From a virus: a DNA stretch of 64,000 nt. Positions 1 through 10,120 of the stretch are shown here, in pieces. The notes beneath the pieces were generated by a model. The model ran no database searches, had not been told where the DNA came from, and saw only the letters and a program-made list of their open reading frames with translations. Where the stretch lies: IMG/VR virus record IMGVR_UViG_3300027712_001108, positions 32,001 through 96,000 of that record; one strand, 5' to 3'. Positions within the stretch are counted from its first letter, which is position 1. Each line of letters begins with the position of its first letter. The translations under genes and the position numbers were made by a program.

Positions 1-647
1 CCTTTTTTCCATTTATACACACTTTCTACGGTGAGATACTGGAATACTTCGTATCCGGTTAATGGATAAAAATCTCTTTTATAAGTGTCGTCGTCTATTG
101 AATACAATTCATTTGGTTTAATATCATTCGCACGTATCCAACTCCACGGATCTTTATGCCCACTGCGTTCATTAAATACATAAGTTTGGCTGTCGTAATC
201 TTCGAACGGAATTATGAGTGTCCACGCAGGATTAGGTGCTATTACCATGTTAGGTTGTTCGGCGTCATTATGTAAACCATATGGAAATCTGCTATCTAAC
301 ACATGTATATGACTTGCTTTTACACCGCTGCCAAATGTAGCTTCTAGTTTTGGTTGCAGAATATCAACCAATGGTTTCCACTCTGGTTTGTTGTAAAAGT
401 TATCAAATACATAATAATGTGCAGTAGTATGATTGGTGTCTCCCATAAATTTTAATGCAAGAGGTGCCATACATGTGTCATGTCCATACAAGACTTTATC
501 AGATGCAGCAGCTTTTTCAAACTCATGTAATTCTGAATCCGACAAAAAATTATCAATTATCTTACTATCAAATATAGAATTTTTATAATAATCTGAATAG
601 ATATATTTTTCTAAATACTCTTTATCTTCTAATCTTTCAAATGACAT
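1..647 (-). CDS. hypothetical protein, possibly 2OG-Fe(II) oxygenase-like (runs off the window edge)
   Basis: ATG at 647 with AAGGA SD; open to base 1 (MSFERLEDKEY...PYGLHNDAE...WTLIIP); contains an HxD motif. Confidence 0.55.
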   Translation of the reverse strand, partial: MSFERLEDKEYLEKYIYSDYYKNSIFDSKIIDNFLSDSELHEFEKAAASDKVLYGHDTCMAPLALKFMGDTNHTTAHYYVFDNFYNKPEWKPLVDILQPKLEATFGSGVKASHIHVLDSRFPYGLHNDAEQPNMVIAPNPAWTLIIPFEDYDSQTYVFNERSGHKDPWSWIRANDIKPNELYSIDDDTYKRDFYPLTGYEVFQYLTVESVYKWKK

Positions 648-671
648 AATTATTCCTTAAATTTTACGTAT

Positions 672-2765
672 TTATATTGTTTTATTACCATCAAATTTAT
701 TTATATTGCACTCTAGATTGAATTCCTCCCAGTCAAAGCTCATGTTTTGTTTAACACATTCTTGATATTTAACTCGGTCGTCACTTCTTGTAGTTTCGTG
801 TGTAAATTTATGCTTTAGTTTGAAACTTAAATTGCCAATATTATCAACACTGCAATTGAATTCGCTATGGTATGGACTTGCAATAAATCCACCAAATTCT
901 GGCACATCTAGCTCTGGGTTACTAATCATATTAAAATCAAACGCACCGTATATTTTATAAAATATCCACGGTATTACTAGATATTCATTTGCTATGCTTG
1001 TGCTTAGTTTATTTTTATCAGTATTGAGTTTAGAATATTCATCATAATATGGTGTAAAATAATCAAAGTTTTGATTGGATTCTTGCGGTATATACTCAAC
1101 AGGTTGAATTGTGGTGTTGTAATTAAATTTATAAAAATCGTTTATGTTTTTACGATTCTGACCATTCATTAATGTAGCACCTGCATGATCTTGCATTATT
1201 CTTAGCCATATATTCATAAACTTCAATCTTATAAATCTATGAATAATGGTGTTTTTGTAATCAGCAGTATACCAATTGCTCATAAATGTATTATCCCATG
1301 GAGTGTCAATCCATTGTAAATTATATTTTTTCCAATTGACATTCAAATCACTGAATGCTGCATCTCCGCAAGTCATTCCAGGGCTAATAGCATATATCCA
1401 TTTACGAGTATTATGTAATACATGCAAACTGTGTAACCACTCACTAGGACCTTCGCTTGGAAATCCAACCACCCAATTCACATGACTACTTACTCCTGCG
1501 GCCGCAGCATCTCGCAGATTATTTTCAATTTCCCATACTTTGATATTTTTCTTCATATCATTTAGAACTTTTTCGCTGCCACTTTCTACACCAAAGCTTA
1601 GACTAATGCAACCACTTTTTACAATATCATTGAACATTACGGCGTCCATACGACCGTCGCAGCGTGCATAGCTATTCCATCTGACATCTAACTTACGTGC
1701 GATTATTTCTGCAATCAAATTCTTGAATTCTTTTAAATTACCATTTGCAAGGCTATCAACAAACCAAAATCTGTTAATTCCGTATTTTTTAACTTGATAT
1801 TCCATTTCGTCTGCTACGCGATTGCTTTCACGCCATCTGTATCTCCAAAAATGTGTTTCTGCACAAAATGTACACTTAGCAACACATCCTCTACTGGTTT
1901 CTATACTTACACCGTCGGAGTGTTGGTAGTCATTTAGTGTATAATCATCATAATCAGGAAACGGAAGCGTGTTCAAATCTAAACTGCTTTTTAATCCGCC
2001 TAATACTATCATATCGTCCGATTTTGGCAACACATTGTAATTTTCAAGTAATGTAAGTAATTCTTGTTCGCCTTCGCCTTTTATACAAAAATTAATCAAT
2101 CCGCGTGGAAACTTATGTGTTTCATATATTAAACTTTCGAACCAGGTATTAAAAGCCTCGGGACCGCCAACCATAATGACTTTTTCGGGCGATAATTCTT
2201 TAATACGTCTAATCATATATAAACTTGGCAATAAATTTGTCAAGTAAAGACTAAATCCAATAAAATTACTGTTGTCTGCCAGTATTTTGTGTATATATTC
2301 ATCTAATAGAGATTTGAGGATAGGATGTACTTCTTGATCATATACAGGTTGTTCCCATTTATAATAATTTTTACTTTCCCAATAATCTACTTTATATTCT
2401 TCTATTAGATACTTGTATGCATTTACATTAATGTCATGTACGGTTACATTATAGCCATAATATCGTAATAGTCCCGTTAATCTTGCAATGTTATACGGTG
2501 GAAAAATAACACCCCATGCAGGTGCCATAACCAAGCTAACAGTATCATTATTCAAGAGACTTGCTTTATACTCTGACCAATATGTATAACCTCTCTTATT
2601 TTTTTTACGATTATCAGACCAATAATTTACTAATCTGGGTTTAACAGCTAAATCGCCAAGATGACTATTAGCATGATTAATAGCCTTTCTGTCTTTTTCT
2701 ATGATATGAAGTAAAACTTGATCTCTGTCTTCACTTTGCAATTCGTTGTTGTCAGTTATTGCCAT
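672..2765 (-). CDS. B12-binding radical SAM protein
   Basis: N-terminal cobalamin-binding-like domain (GGP, GEGE), SRGCVAKCTFC, GVESGS. Confidence 0.9.
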   Translation of the reverse strand: MAITDNNELQSEDRDQVLLHIIEKDRKAINHANSHLGDLAVKPRLVNYWSDNRKKNKRGYTYWSEYKASLLNNDTVSLVMAPAWGVIFPPYNIARLTGLLRYYGYNVTVHDINVNAYKYLIEEYKVDYWESKNYYKWEQPVYDQEVHPILKSLLDEYIHKILADNSNFIGFSLYLTNLLPSLYMIRRIKELSPEKVIMVGGPEAFNTWFESLIYETHKFPRGLINFCIKGEGEQELLTLLENYNVLPKSDDMIVLGGLKSSLDLNTLPFPDYDDYTLNDYQHSDGVSIETSRGCVAKCTFCAETHFWRYRWRESNRVADEMEYQVKKYGINRFWFVDSLANGNLKEFKNLIAEIIARKLDVRWNSYARCDGRMDAVMFNDIVKSGCISLSFGVESGSEKVLNDMKKNIKVWEIENNLRDAAAAGVSSHVNWVVGFPSEGPSEWLHSLHVLHNTRKWIYAISPGMTCGDAAFSDLNVNWKKYNLQWIDTPWDNTFMSNWYTADYKNTIIHRFIRLKFMNIWLRIMQDHAGATLMNGQNRKNINDFYKFNYNTTIQPVEYIPQESNQNFDYFTPYYDEYSKLNTDKNKLSTSIANEYLVIPWIFYKIYGAFDFNMISNPELDVPEFGGFIASPYHSEFNCSVDNIGNLSFKLKHKFTHETTRSDDRVKYQECVKQNMSFDWEEFNLECNINKFDGNKTI

Positions 2766-3985
2766 TCTGTTACCAATTGTGCCAAAGTTGGATGTACATC
2801 GTTGATACTCTGATTTCGTAGTTTATCATATGCAACGGTTCTAATTGCAAACTTTTTTTGTAACTCTTTAATATTAGATAACGTATTAGTATTGCGTAAT
2901 CTGTGAATAGTAGCGTTTATTCTAAAAGCATCGAGCTGGTCTGGTGTAAAATCAGCTGATGCGAGTTCTATTTTATTAGCTATATTCAACCGCTCTTCTA
3001 ATGGCAATATATCAATTTGCAGATCAGCAGGACTGTCTACAAAGTTAAAAATTAAATTACCGTTTTTACCGTTGTCTTTCCAATAATTTATAATGTTAAC
3101 TAAGTCATATGCATTATACGCTTGCACAGTTGCTAATAAATGAGTCTTAACTGACATACCCAGATACTTTTTGTATGCAGCAGAAAGTTTTGTCCAGTCT
3201 GCGCCATATCTAATGTAGTCATTAGTATATCCGACACCATCTATACTAAATTGAATGTCTACATTTTTAAACTGCTCTAACCATTTTAATACCTTGCCTT
3301 GCATTCTGGTGCCATTTGTAGTGATATCTAAATGCAAATGCGTATTGTTGGTATCTATGCAATATTTTAATAACTTGATAACACCTGTCATAAAGAACGG
3401 TTCACCGCCTGCTAATTTAAGTGTTTTTAAATGTGGTAACCATTCTGTTATTTCACTAAACAGTTTGTCATTTTCAATCCAGTCGTTGACTTCGAACCAA
3501 GTTTCGCCTGTGATATTTTTTAAAAATGGGTTATCTTTATGTTCGTTTGCAATAGTACTGCTGACACCAACAAAACACATCCTGCAACCAAGATTACAGA
3601 ACCTGCCTGGGCGCCAGTCTACCCAATGAGGAGTCTTGTTGCTATTGCCGTATTTTACATCAATATCCCAATCTGCTGCGGCATTAAACCATCCATTATG
3701 TATCATCCTATCGCTACCGCCGCCCGAGTCTTCCTCTAATTGGTAGCACTTATTACATTGTTTAACAGGTTTACCATCCAACATATCTTTACGAATTTGT
3801 TGGTATACATCTCCGGTCCATACCGCATTCATACTGGTTTTAGTAATATCCTCTGACACAGGATATTTCCAGTCTCCGACGCAGCATACATTTGCATGAC
3901 CGTTAGTTGATATGTGCATGTGATTAAATGGTAGTATGCAAAAATACTTGTTGTTTTTAATATGATCTTTCCAACTATCTGTCAT
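2756..3985 (-). CDS. radical SAM protein with N-terminal Twitch/SPASM-like domain
   Basis: FCILPF...CC...CNKC; CNLGCRMC; GGEPF; SIDG. Confidence 0.9.
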   Translation of the reverse strand: MTDSWKDHIKNNKYFCILPFNHMHISTNGHANVCCVGDWKYPVSEDITKTSMNAVWTGDVYQQIRKDMLDGKPVKQCNKCYQLEEDSGGGSDRMIHNGWFNAAADWDIDVKYGNSNKTPHWVDWRPGRFCNLGCRMCFVGVSSTIANEHKDNPFLKNITGETWFEVNDWIENDKLFSEITEWLPHLKTLKLAGGEPFFMTGVIKLLKYCIDTNNTHLHLDITTNGTRMQGKVLKWLEQFKNVDIQFSIDGVGYTNDYIRYGADWTKLSAAYKKYLGMSVKTHLLATVQAYNAYDLVNIINYWKDNGKNGNLIFNFVDSPADLQIDILPLEERLNIANKIELASADFTPDQLDAFRINATIHRLRNTNTLSNIKELQKKFAIRTVAYDKLRNQSINDVHPTLAQLVTEWQ

Positions 3986-5646
3986 TTTTGTTTACCTGTT
4001 TTATCTAGTTTGACTTTTTTACTTCTTGCAGAAACATCTAAGTGATATTGAATTATATCGCTTATACCAGACAAACTTTGTCTCCAGTTTTCATTTCTAA
4101 TTTTATCAAGTGCATCTTGTCTGGTAAAATATCCTTTGAACTGTGTGTCATCTGGACTTACTTCATTCATGTGTGTTAGTACACTACGTAAAGTTTTTTC
4201 TGTTTTTGTACACCACGCAATATCATTGTTCCATCTGCGATATATTTCATCTATGAAATTCTCATATAAATTGTCAATCATAACTTTAATACCGACTGGC
4301 AAATTTTGAATATTGTAAAATTTTGGCCAATATAAATTGTGTACTACAACATTAGGATTAATACGGTTAAATTTCTGTTCTTTAATCCACCATATCATAT
4401 CTAATAAATGTACTACATTCATTACACTTAATGTAAGCGTGAAACTAGCAGTTGTGTTTTTTAAACGAGTATCTGTGTCAACTTTTCTAATATTGCGTTC
4501 AACAGTGTCCCATTTTGCAGGATGCCTTATATACTCGAAGTGCTCAAATATGCCATCTATACTCATACCCAAATGTACTTCTTTGAAAACATGCCATTTT
4601 TCAAAAATATTGTTGGGAATTCCTGCCATGTTTGTATTGTATTCAACTGTTACATTAGCAGCAACTTGCTTCTCAATCATAAAATCTAATAATTCTCTGT
4701 GTTTTATGTTAACGGTTGGCTCTCCACCTGTAAAATAAAACCGATCGATTGTGTCAATGTTACGTTGTATTTCCTCAAATAGTGGACTGCTGTCTACCCA
4801 ATCGAATATTTTTGCAACTTTGGGCCTGCCATTTATTACATCTATAGTAATAGGATTGCCGCTCTTAGTAGGGAATGTATTACCGAGTCCTAGTGCGATC
4901 CAGTCGCTATACCACTGATCGCTGTCTGATGGGCCGCATGTTCTACATTTTATGTTGCATTTATTACCAAATCTCAAATCCCAATATTTGATTGGCATCG
5001 TAGTATTGTTTATAGTACCATCTAACGATGTATCATTTATTATAGTTTCAATATTAGAATTGAATATTGCATTATGTTGTTGTCTTTTACTTTCTATACC
5101 ATTTTGTTCTTCATCCCAACACAGTTTACATACATTATGACGTTTACCTTCTAACATTCGCTGCCTAATAATTTTCCAATTTGGTGCATTGCGATTTGCA
5201 CCTATATCGTCTGCCATTGTTAGTAGTTCGCCGTCATCTTTTCGTATCTCACCAAACGGTAATTCAGAATCATCATATATCATTTGACAACACATACGTA
5301 CACTACCATCACTATTAGTAGCAGCATGTACCCAAGGCAATACACAAAAACTATCTTTGAATTTAGGGTCTGTTTGAATAGACCATGATTTTCTTGCTTT
5401 TATTAATTCGTCTCGTGTTCTACCTAATCGTCTCATGACAATTTCAAACACATCATCTGTTGCAACTTTATTAAATATGCATGCCTCTATCACTGCATCG
5501 TCTGTGTCGTACATTGCAATTATTTTTAGATTTTCGACTGGACATTCGGGATCTGTGACCATTTGAATACGTTCTTGCATACTTCTAAAAATACTAGGAT
5601 CCAAATTGAACCTATCCTGTTTATGTTCTACATCATTTGTATTCAT
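3982..5646 (-). CDS. radical SAM protein with Twitch/SPASM-like domain
   Basis: CNIKCRTC, GGEP, SIDG; extra N-terminal extension. Confidence 0.9.
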   Translation of the reverse strand: MNTNDVEHKQDRFNLDPSIFRSMQERIQMVTDPECPVENLKIIAMYDTDDAVIEACIFNKVATDDVFEIVMRRLGRTRDELIKARKSWSIQTDPKFKDSFCVLPWVHAATNSDGSVRMCCQMIYDDSELPFGEIRKDDGELLTMADDIGANRNAPNWKIIRQRMLEGKRHNVCKLCWDEEQNGIESKRQQHNAIFNSNIETIINDTSLDGTINNTTMPIKYWDLRFGNKCNIKCRTCGPSDSDQWYSDWIALGLGNTFPTKSGNPITIDVINGRPKVAKIFDWVDSSPLFEEIQRNIDTIDRFYFTGGEPTVNIKHRELLDFMIEKQVAANVTVEYNTNMAGIPNNIFEKWHVFKEVHLGMSIDGIFEHFEYIRHPAKWDTVERNIRKVDTDTRLKNTTASFTLTLSVMNVVHLLDMIWWIKEQKFNRINPNVVVHNLYWPKFYNIQNLPVGIKVMIDNLYENFIDEIYRRWNNDIAWCTKTEKTLRSVLTHMNEVSPDDTQFKGYFTRQDALDKIRNENWRQSLSGISDIIQYHLDVSARSKKVKLDKTGKQK

Positions 5647-6484
5647 TTAAAAACCGTCTTTCCATAATAGAAGTGTTATTTTCTATCCATTTATTAGTAT
5701 TGCGTATGCAGTGTTTAATGTCTAAATTATTAATATATGGCAATATTGTATTCCAAAATTCTGTACTATCTGTTACAAGACAGTCTACTGGTATAGTTTG
5801 GTAATTGTCGTATATCATAGAAAGATATTTAGGTAGCACATTACTTTCGTAAGCAATTGCATCACCTTGTGTGGTTACATAATGATATATGTCGTCATTA
5901 TGCGTAATTGTTACAGGTTGGCGTGATTTGTATTGTGTATTAACAATATGTAACTCGTGTTCCCATATCCACGTATATTTTTCAGCCCAGTTTTTAATAG
6001 TATTAAGTGTATTTGAATCATTTGTGTTGTTTACTGTGCGTTTTATGTACTCAAATGTTACATCTTGTACGTTAACACGGTTTAATAGTTTTGCAAATGT
6101 TAATTTTGCAAAATACGAATACTCTTGCTTAACAACTAAATGTAGCACTTTGAGATTGGGTAAGAATTTCCAATAGTATTTTGCAAAATATAAACTTGGG
6201 TGATCTTTGATAATGTAACTACCATTGCCTATTAATTGTGTATATTGATCTGACATTAATTTACATTGCCATGTTGATGAATTGTCTGGATCGCTCCACA
6301 TAGTTGCATAGTCTATTATACATGTAGTATTGGTTAGGTTTCTTTCTGTATTAGTTTCGCTTAATACTGGATTAATACTATTGCTATTAGCAGCAATGAT
6401 GTTTGTTAAAAACTCGCCGCCTGTACCGCTACTGTACAAAATTAAAATAGGATTGGATTCATTTATATCAGAAATAGTTAACAT
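5633..6484 (-). CDS. hypothetical protein, sulfotransferase-like N-terminal loop
   Basis: ILYSSGTGGEFL resembles a PAPS-binding loop; in operon. Confidence 0.5.
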   Translation of the reverse strand: MLTISDINESNPILILYSSGTGGEFLTNIIAANSNSINPVLSETNTERNLTNTTCIIDYATMWSDPDNSSTWQCKLMSDQYTQLIGNGSYIIKDHPSLYFAKYYWKFLPNLKVLHLVVKQEYSYFAKLTFAKLLNRVNVQDVTFEYIKRTVNNTNDSNTLNTIKNWAEKYTWIWEHELHIVNTQYKSRQPVTITHNDDIYHYVTTQGDAIAYESNVLPKYLSMIYDNYQTIPVDCLVTDSTEFWNTILPYINNLDIKHCIRNTNKWIENNTSIMERRFLNEYK

Positions 6485-6502
6485 GCAAAATTAATCCTAA
6501 CT

Positions 6503-7762
6503 TTATTGATTTCTGAAAAATTCTATTTCGTTATCGCTATATTTAACCAGTGAACTGCTGTCTTTGATATCGCGTATGGGCACAAGACTCAGCATGCCTT
6601 TCATACGATTATTAGCACCCGGTTTGTGCAGTAGATCCAGTGCTAGAATTTTATCACGCAGTTGTTGCGCACGATCTAGATAACCAGGAGGTGTCATTAA
6701 TTTGATTTCAAGCCAATGGTCGCCGTCTACACGATCTTGATGCTGCATCATTATTTTGCAGTTCTCAATAAACCTGTCCTCGTTGCCCTTGTACAAATCC
6801 ATACTGGCAAAATGTGCGCTCATATTGATGCTGTTTACATACTGTACAGCTTCTGTCCAAAATTTAGTACTTCTGCTGCCGTTTGTAGTGATTAATACCC
6901 ATTGGTTACGGCTTTTCAAATGTCGAAGTATATCTACAAAACGTGGATGCATTGTGGGTTCACCGCCACCAAAGTTCCAACGTATGGATGCACCTTTGCT
7001 CCATTGGTCTATAGTCATATCTATAGTACGTATAATAACTTCATAGCTGGGAAACTCTTCTTTGTTGTTATGTACACTGGGCCAGCAATATGCACAATCA
7101 TAATTACAACGTCTGCTTATGTCCCATAACACCTGATATGGTATTTCAAAATTCATTTCTACAGCAGAAATGTTGTCGCCGATGGTATTGACAAAGTTAC
7201 CTACCCTGCTAGTACCAGCATAGCCGTTTTGTGTGACATCTAGGTATTTTAGATAGTCGTCGGATTTGGCTTTGCTGAGAATAACATCTGCACCACAGCC
7301 GCAGTGGTCAAATTTACAAGTAGCATATTCTTTAGGTACTTCGAACCCTTCAAATATATTGCCTATATAGCCCCATTGCTTGCCAATGCCTTCTTCCAAT
7401 GTCAAGTGACTACGGAAACCGTTGCCGCTCATAGCAAACTCTTTTTTAAGCTGCTCTTCCTTTTCAATAAACAGCTCAGGGCTTAAATCACCATGGTCGA
7501 AGTGAAACTTCTTATTGAATTCTTTCCATCCTGGCCTATTAAAACGATCCAATTTGGTACTGGCACAATTTGCAATCCAAATATTGCCATCGTAGTCAAA
7601 ATACAATCCGCGAACACCTGCACTGCATTTCCACCCGTTCCAACTGTTGTAGCCTCGTGCAATAGCTTCATCTACACTTACTCGTAGAAATTTGCCATGC
7701 TCGTCATACATACGAAGCTGCTTGTTATCTAGCGGAATATCTGGATTATTGGTAATTGGCAT
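6503..7762 (-). CDS. radical SAM protein, domain-permuted
   Basis: N-terminal WNGWKCSAG...CKFDHCGC module, then CNYDCAYC and GGGEP. Confidence 0.88.
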   Translation of the reverse strand: MPITNNPDIPLDNKQLRMYDEHGKFLRVSVDEAIARGYNSWNGWKCSAGVRGLYFDYDGNIWIANCASTKLDRFNRPGWKEFNKKFHFDHGDLSPELFIEKEEQLKKEFAMSGNGFRSHLTLEEGIGKQWGYIGNIFEGFEVPKEYATCKFDHCGCGADVILSKAKSDDYLKYLDVTQNGYAGTSRVGNFVNTIGDNISAVEMNFEIPYQVLWDISRRCNYDCAYCWPSVHNNKEEFPSYEVIIRTIDMTIDQWSKGASIRWNFGGGEPTMHPRFVDILRHLKSRNQWVLITTNGSRSTKFWTEAVQYVNSINMSAHFASMDLYKGNEDRFIENCKIMMQHQDRVDGDHWLEIKLMTPPGYLDRAQQLRDKILALDLLHKPGANNRMKGMLSLVPIRDIKDSSSLVKYSDNEIEFFRNQ

Positions 7763-8766
7763 TATTCGTCCTCTACAACTGCATAACTATCTGTCGGTAA
7801 TATTTTCTTGCACATTATATCAAAATTGCAATGACACATGTTTTTGTTACATCTAATAGGACCAGTTGGCCAGCGTATACTATCCGGTGTTTTAATATTG
7901 CCAAACACTCCGCCTACTCTACACCAACCTCGCATAATAGAGCCGTCAAAGTCTACGACAAACTGTTCTACCCCTGCCCAGCAATCCCAGCCTTCCCAAT
8001 TATTAGATTTGTCATTGATAAATCTGTGCGCACTGCGATTTTGCACAAGTTCGTTGATATCATCTATCATATCCATGCTGCCGCGATAGACTTTCCAGTG
8101 CTTGTCGTATTGAATCTTGCTGCTTAAATTATCCCATTGACGATCTATATATGCAGTTTGTTCATCTGTATATGTGTATAGTGTATCGCCGAAATCTATT
8201 ATTAATGGTTGCAGTGCAAGACTTATATTGCTAACATTAACAAGTTCTTCTGCTACAGCTACACATTTTTTCCATATCTCGGGATCCCAGTGCATCATAA
8301 TATTACAGTGTGTTCTGCAATATTGACTCATAAGTTTAACCACTTCGACAAAATGCACAGCATCTCCCTGTTCAGGATGAAAACTCAAACATATATGATC
8401 AAACAGTGTTTTGTTTTTCTCCCACCATCTGATAGTTCTACTGCTGTTACTGATAAAACCTATGTCGTGTCCTATGTGCTTTATATACTCTGCACACTTT
8501 ACAAAGTCCTTCCATAACGTAACTTCGCCGCCGGTGAATTCAAAATATATTTTACGAGGTGTATAATGTTCTACTACATTGTCAATGAATCGTTTTACAA
8601 CGTCGTAGTCGTTCCAACCAAAACTACCGTCATTTAAGCTGCTGGGACAATAGCTGCATTTGAAATTGCACATATTGCCAAGATTCCAGTTAACTACTAC
8701 CCAGTCTTCACAGCCATCGTGATGGTGAGCTAATCTATTGTAAAAATTTTGTGGACCAAGTGGCAT
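7762..8766 (-). CDS. radical SAM protein with C-terminal Twitch-like domain
   Basis: CNFKCSYC, TGGE; C-terminal WEGWDCWAG...CHC; likely start MPLGP. Confidence 0.88.
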   Translation of the reverse strand: MPLGPQNFYNRLAHHHDGCEDWVVVNWNLGNMCNFKCSYCPSSLNDGSFGWNDYDVVKRFIDNVVEHYTPRKIYFEFTGGEVTLWKDFVKCAEYIKHIGHDIGFISNSSRTIRWWEKNKTLFDHICLSFHPEQGDAVHFVEVVKLMSQYCRTHCNIMMHWDPEIWKKCVAVAEELVNVSNISLALQPLIIDFGDTLYTYTDEQTAYIDRQWDNLSSKIQYDKHWKVYRGSMDMIDDINELVQNRSAHRFINDKSNNWEGWDCWAGVEQFVVDFDGSIMRGWCRVGGVFGNIKTPDSIRWPTGPIRCNKNMCHCNFDIMCKKILPTDSYAVVEDE

Positions 8767-8788
8767 GATAATCTTTCTGTTTAAATTA

Positions 8789-9970
8789 TTATATATCGAG
8801 TACAGTTCTGTTTCTCGTATCACCATAATGTACAACAGTTATACCATTCTGTGCATTCGCTGTTCGCCAAGGATCTATTACAACACTACCTGGTGCCATC
8901 ATGTTTAGTATGTTGGTATAATCTCTCTGGTGTCCCAACAAGTATGTAGACGGGTTTTCTCTATCTACATTGTCATAGCTAATATCAGCACCTAACTGAA
9001 CACAGTAGTGTCCCACCAACATGCCATAACTACCATCTGTGTAAGGCACACCGGGTTTAAAGCTTTTGCCTAGTATGTGTACAGGTAATCCGTACTTGAC
9101 CAATGCGTGTGCTAGATTTTCTGCCTGTACTTCCCTTGCACGCATAATAGAATCGAACAGATCGTAACCAAGATTTAATTCTTCTGCAAGCCATCGCAGT
9201 GCAATATTATCACGAGGATGACAGGGTCCGCCATCACCCATACCGGGTTTCATATATGCAGGGCCCATGATACGATATGTGCTGTCTGCCAATGCTTTTG
9301 CAACTACATCTACATTCATATGCCCTATGCGTTCTGCTACATCTTGTATCATGTTTACTAGACTAAGTTTGGCAGAAATAAAAGTATTGTAGAATATTTT
9401 AGTGCTTTCCATTTCTTCCCACGTACCTGTCACAGTTCGTGCAGTTCTACCTGATACGTGTTCGTAGAATGTTAGCAGCGAGTTTACAGTATCGGTATAT
9501 TCACCATCTGCTGTGCCAACCATAATCATTTCGGGATCGCAGAAATCTTCTGCTACTGTACCCATTGCTATAAGATAAGGATTGTATATCAACTGTGCAT
9601 TGGGTATAACAGGTGCCAATAGTCTTCGTACTGTACCAGGCAACACTGTGCTGATTAATACAACTGTATTGTTTGAATCCACATACTGATTAATTTCGGT
9701 CAATACTGAAATTACATACGAGTAATCAAAGTCTTTGTTTTCAAGATGGCTGGTTGGTTTGCTGCCATCGTAATTGGGATCATGGGGTGTTGGCACAGCA
9801 ATAAAAATCAATTTACTATTTGATACTAGGTATTTGAGATCATTTGTTATATTGACAACATTGCTTGTAAACGGTTGGATATCATATCCAATAACAGAAT
9901 GTTTGGATGCCATTGCTTCTGCAACAGGCATGCCTAGCTTGCCTAAACCTATAAATCCAACAGTTGCCAT
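8789..9970 (-). CDS. ugd: UDP-glucose/GDP-mannose dehydrogenase family protein
   Basis: GLGKLG Rossmann motif, IAVPTP, STV.PG, GGPCHPRD catalytic Cys. Confidence 0.88.
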   Translation of the reverse strand: MATVGFIGLGKLGMPVAEAMASKHSVIGYDIQPFTSNVVNITNDLKYLVSNSKLIFIAVPTPHDPNYDGSKPTSHLENKDFDYSYVISVLTEINQYVDSNNTVVLISTVLPGTVRRLLAPVIPNAQLIYNPYLIAMGTVAEDFCDPEMIMVGTADGEYTDTVNSLLTFYEHVSGRTARTVTGTWEEMESTKIFYNTFISAKLSLVNMIQDVAERIGHMNVDVVAKALADSTYRIMGPAYMKPGMGDGGPCHPRDNIALRWLAEELNLGYDLFDSIMRAREVQAENLAHALVKYGLPVHILGKSFKPGVPYTDGSYGMLVGHYCVQLGADISYDNVDRENPSTYLLGHQRDYTNILNMMAPGSVVIDPWRTANAQNGITVVHYGDTRNRTVLDI

Positions 9971-10014
9971 TATATTACCCCGTGTACAGTACTACAGTAT
10001 AATGCAATAACTCG

Positions 10015-10119
10015 TTATCTGTATATAAATGGATCGCGTTTACGCAATTCTTCTATGCGTTTTTTAAAGGCTTTTTTATCTTTGTAACGTTTAATAAGAC
10101 GTTTAATCCAGTTGAACAT
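10015..10119 (-). CDS. small basic protein (34 aa)
   Basis: MFNWIKRLIKRYKDKKAFKKRIEELRKRDPFIYR; fills the operon gap; AAGGA SD. Confidence 0.6.
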   Translation of the reverse strand: MFNWIKRLIKRYKDKKAFKKRIEELRKRDPFIYR

Positions 10120-10120
10120 G

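Noticed and set aside
10015-10119. RiPP precursor for the radical SAM cluster
   Set aside because: Basic helical peptide with no leader/core pattern; no supporting evidence.
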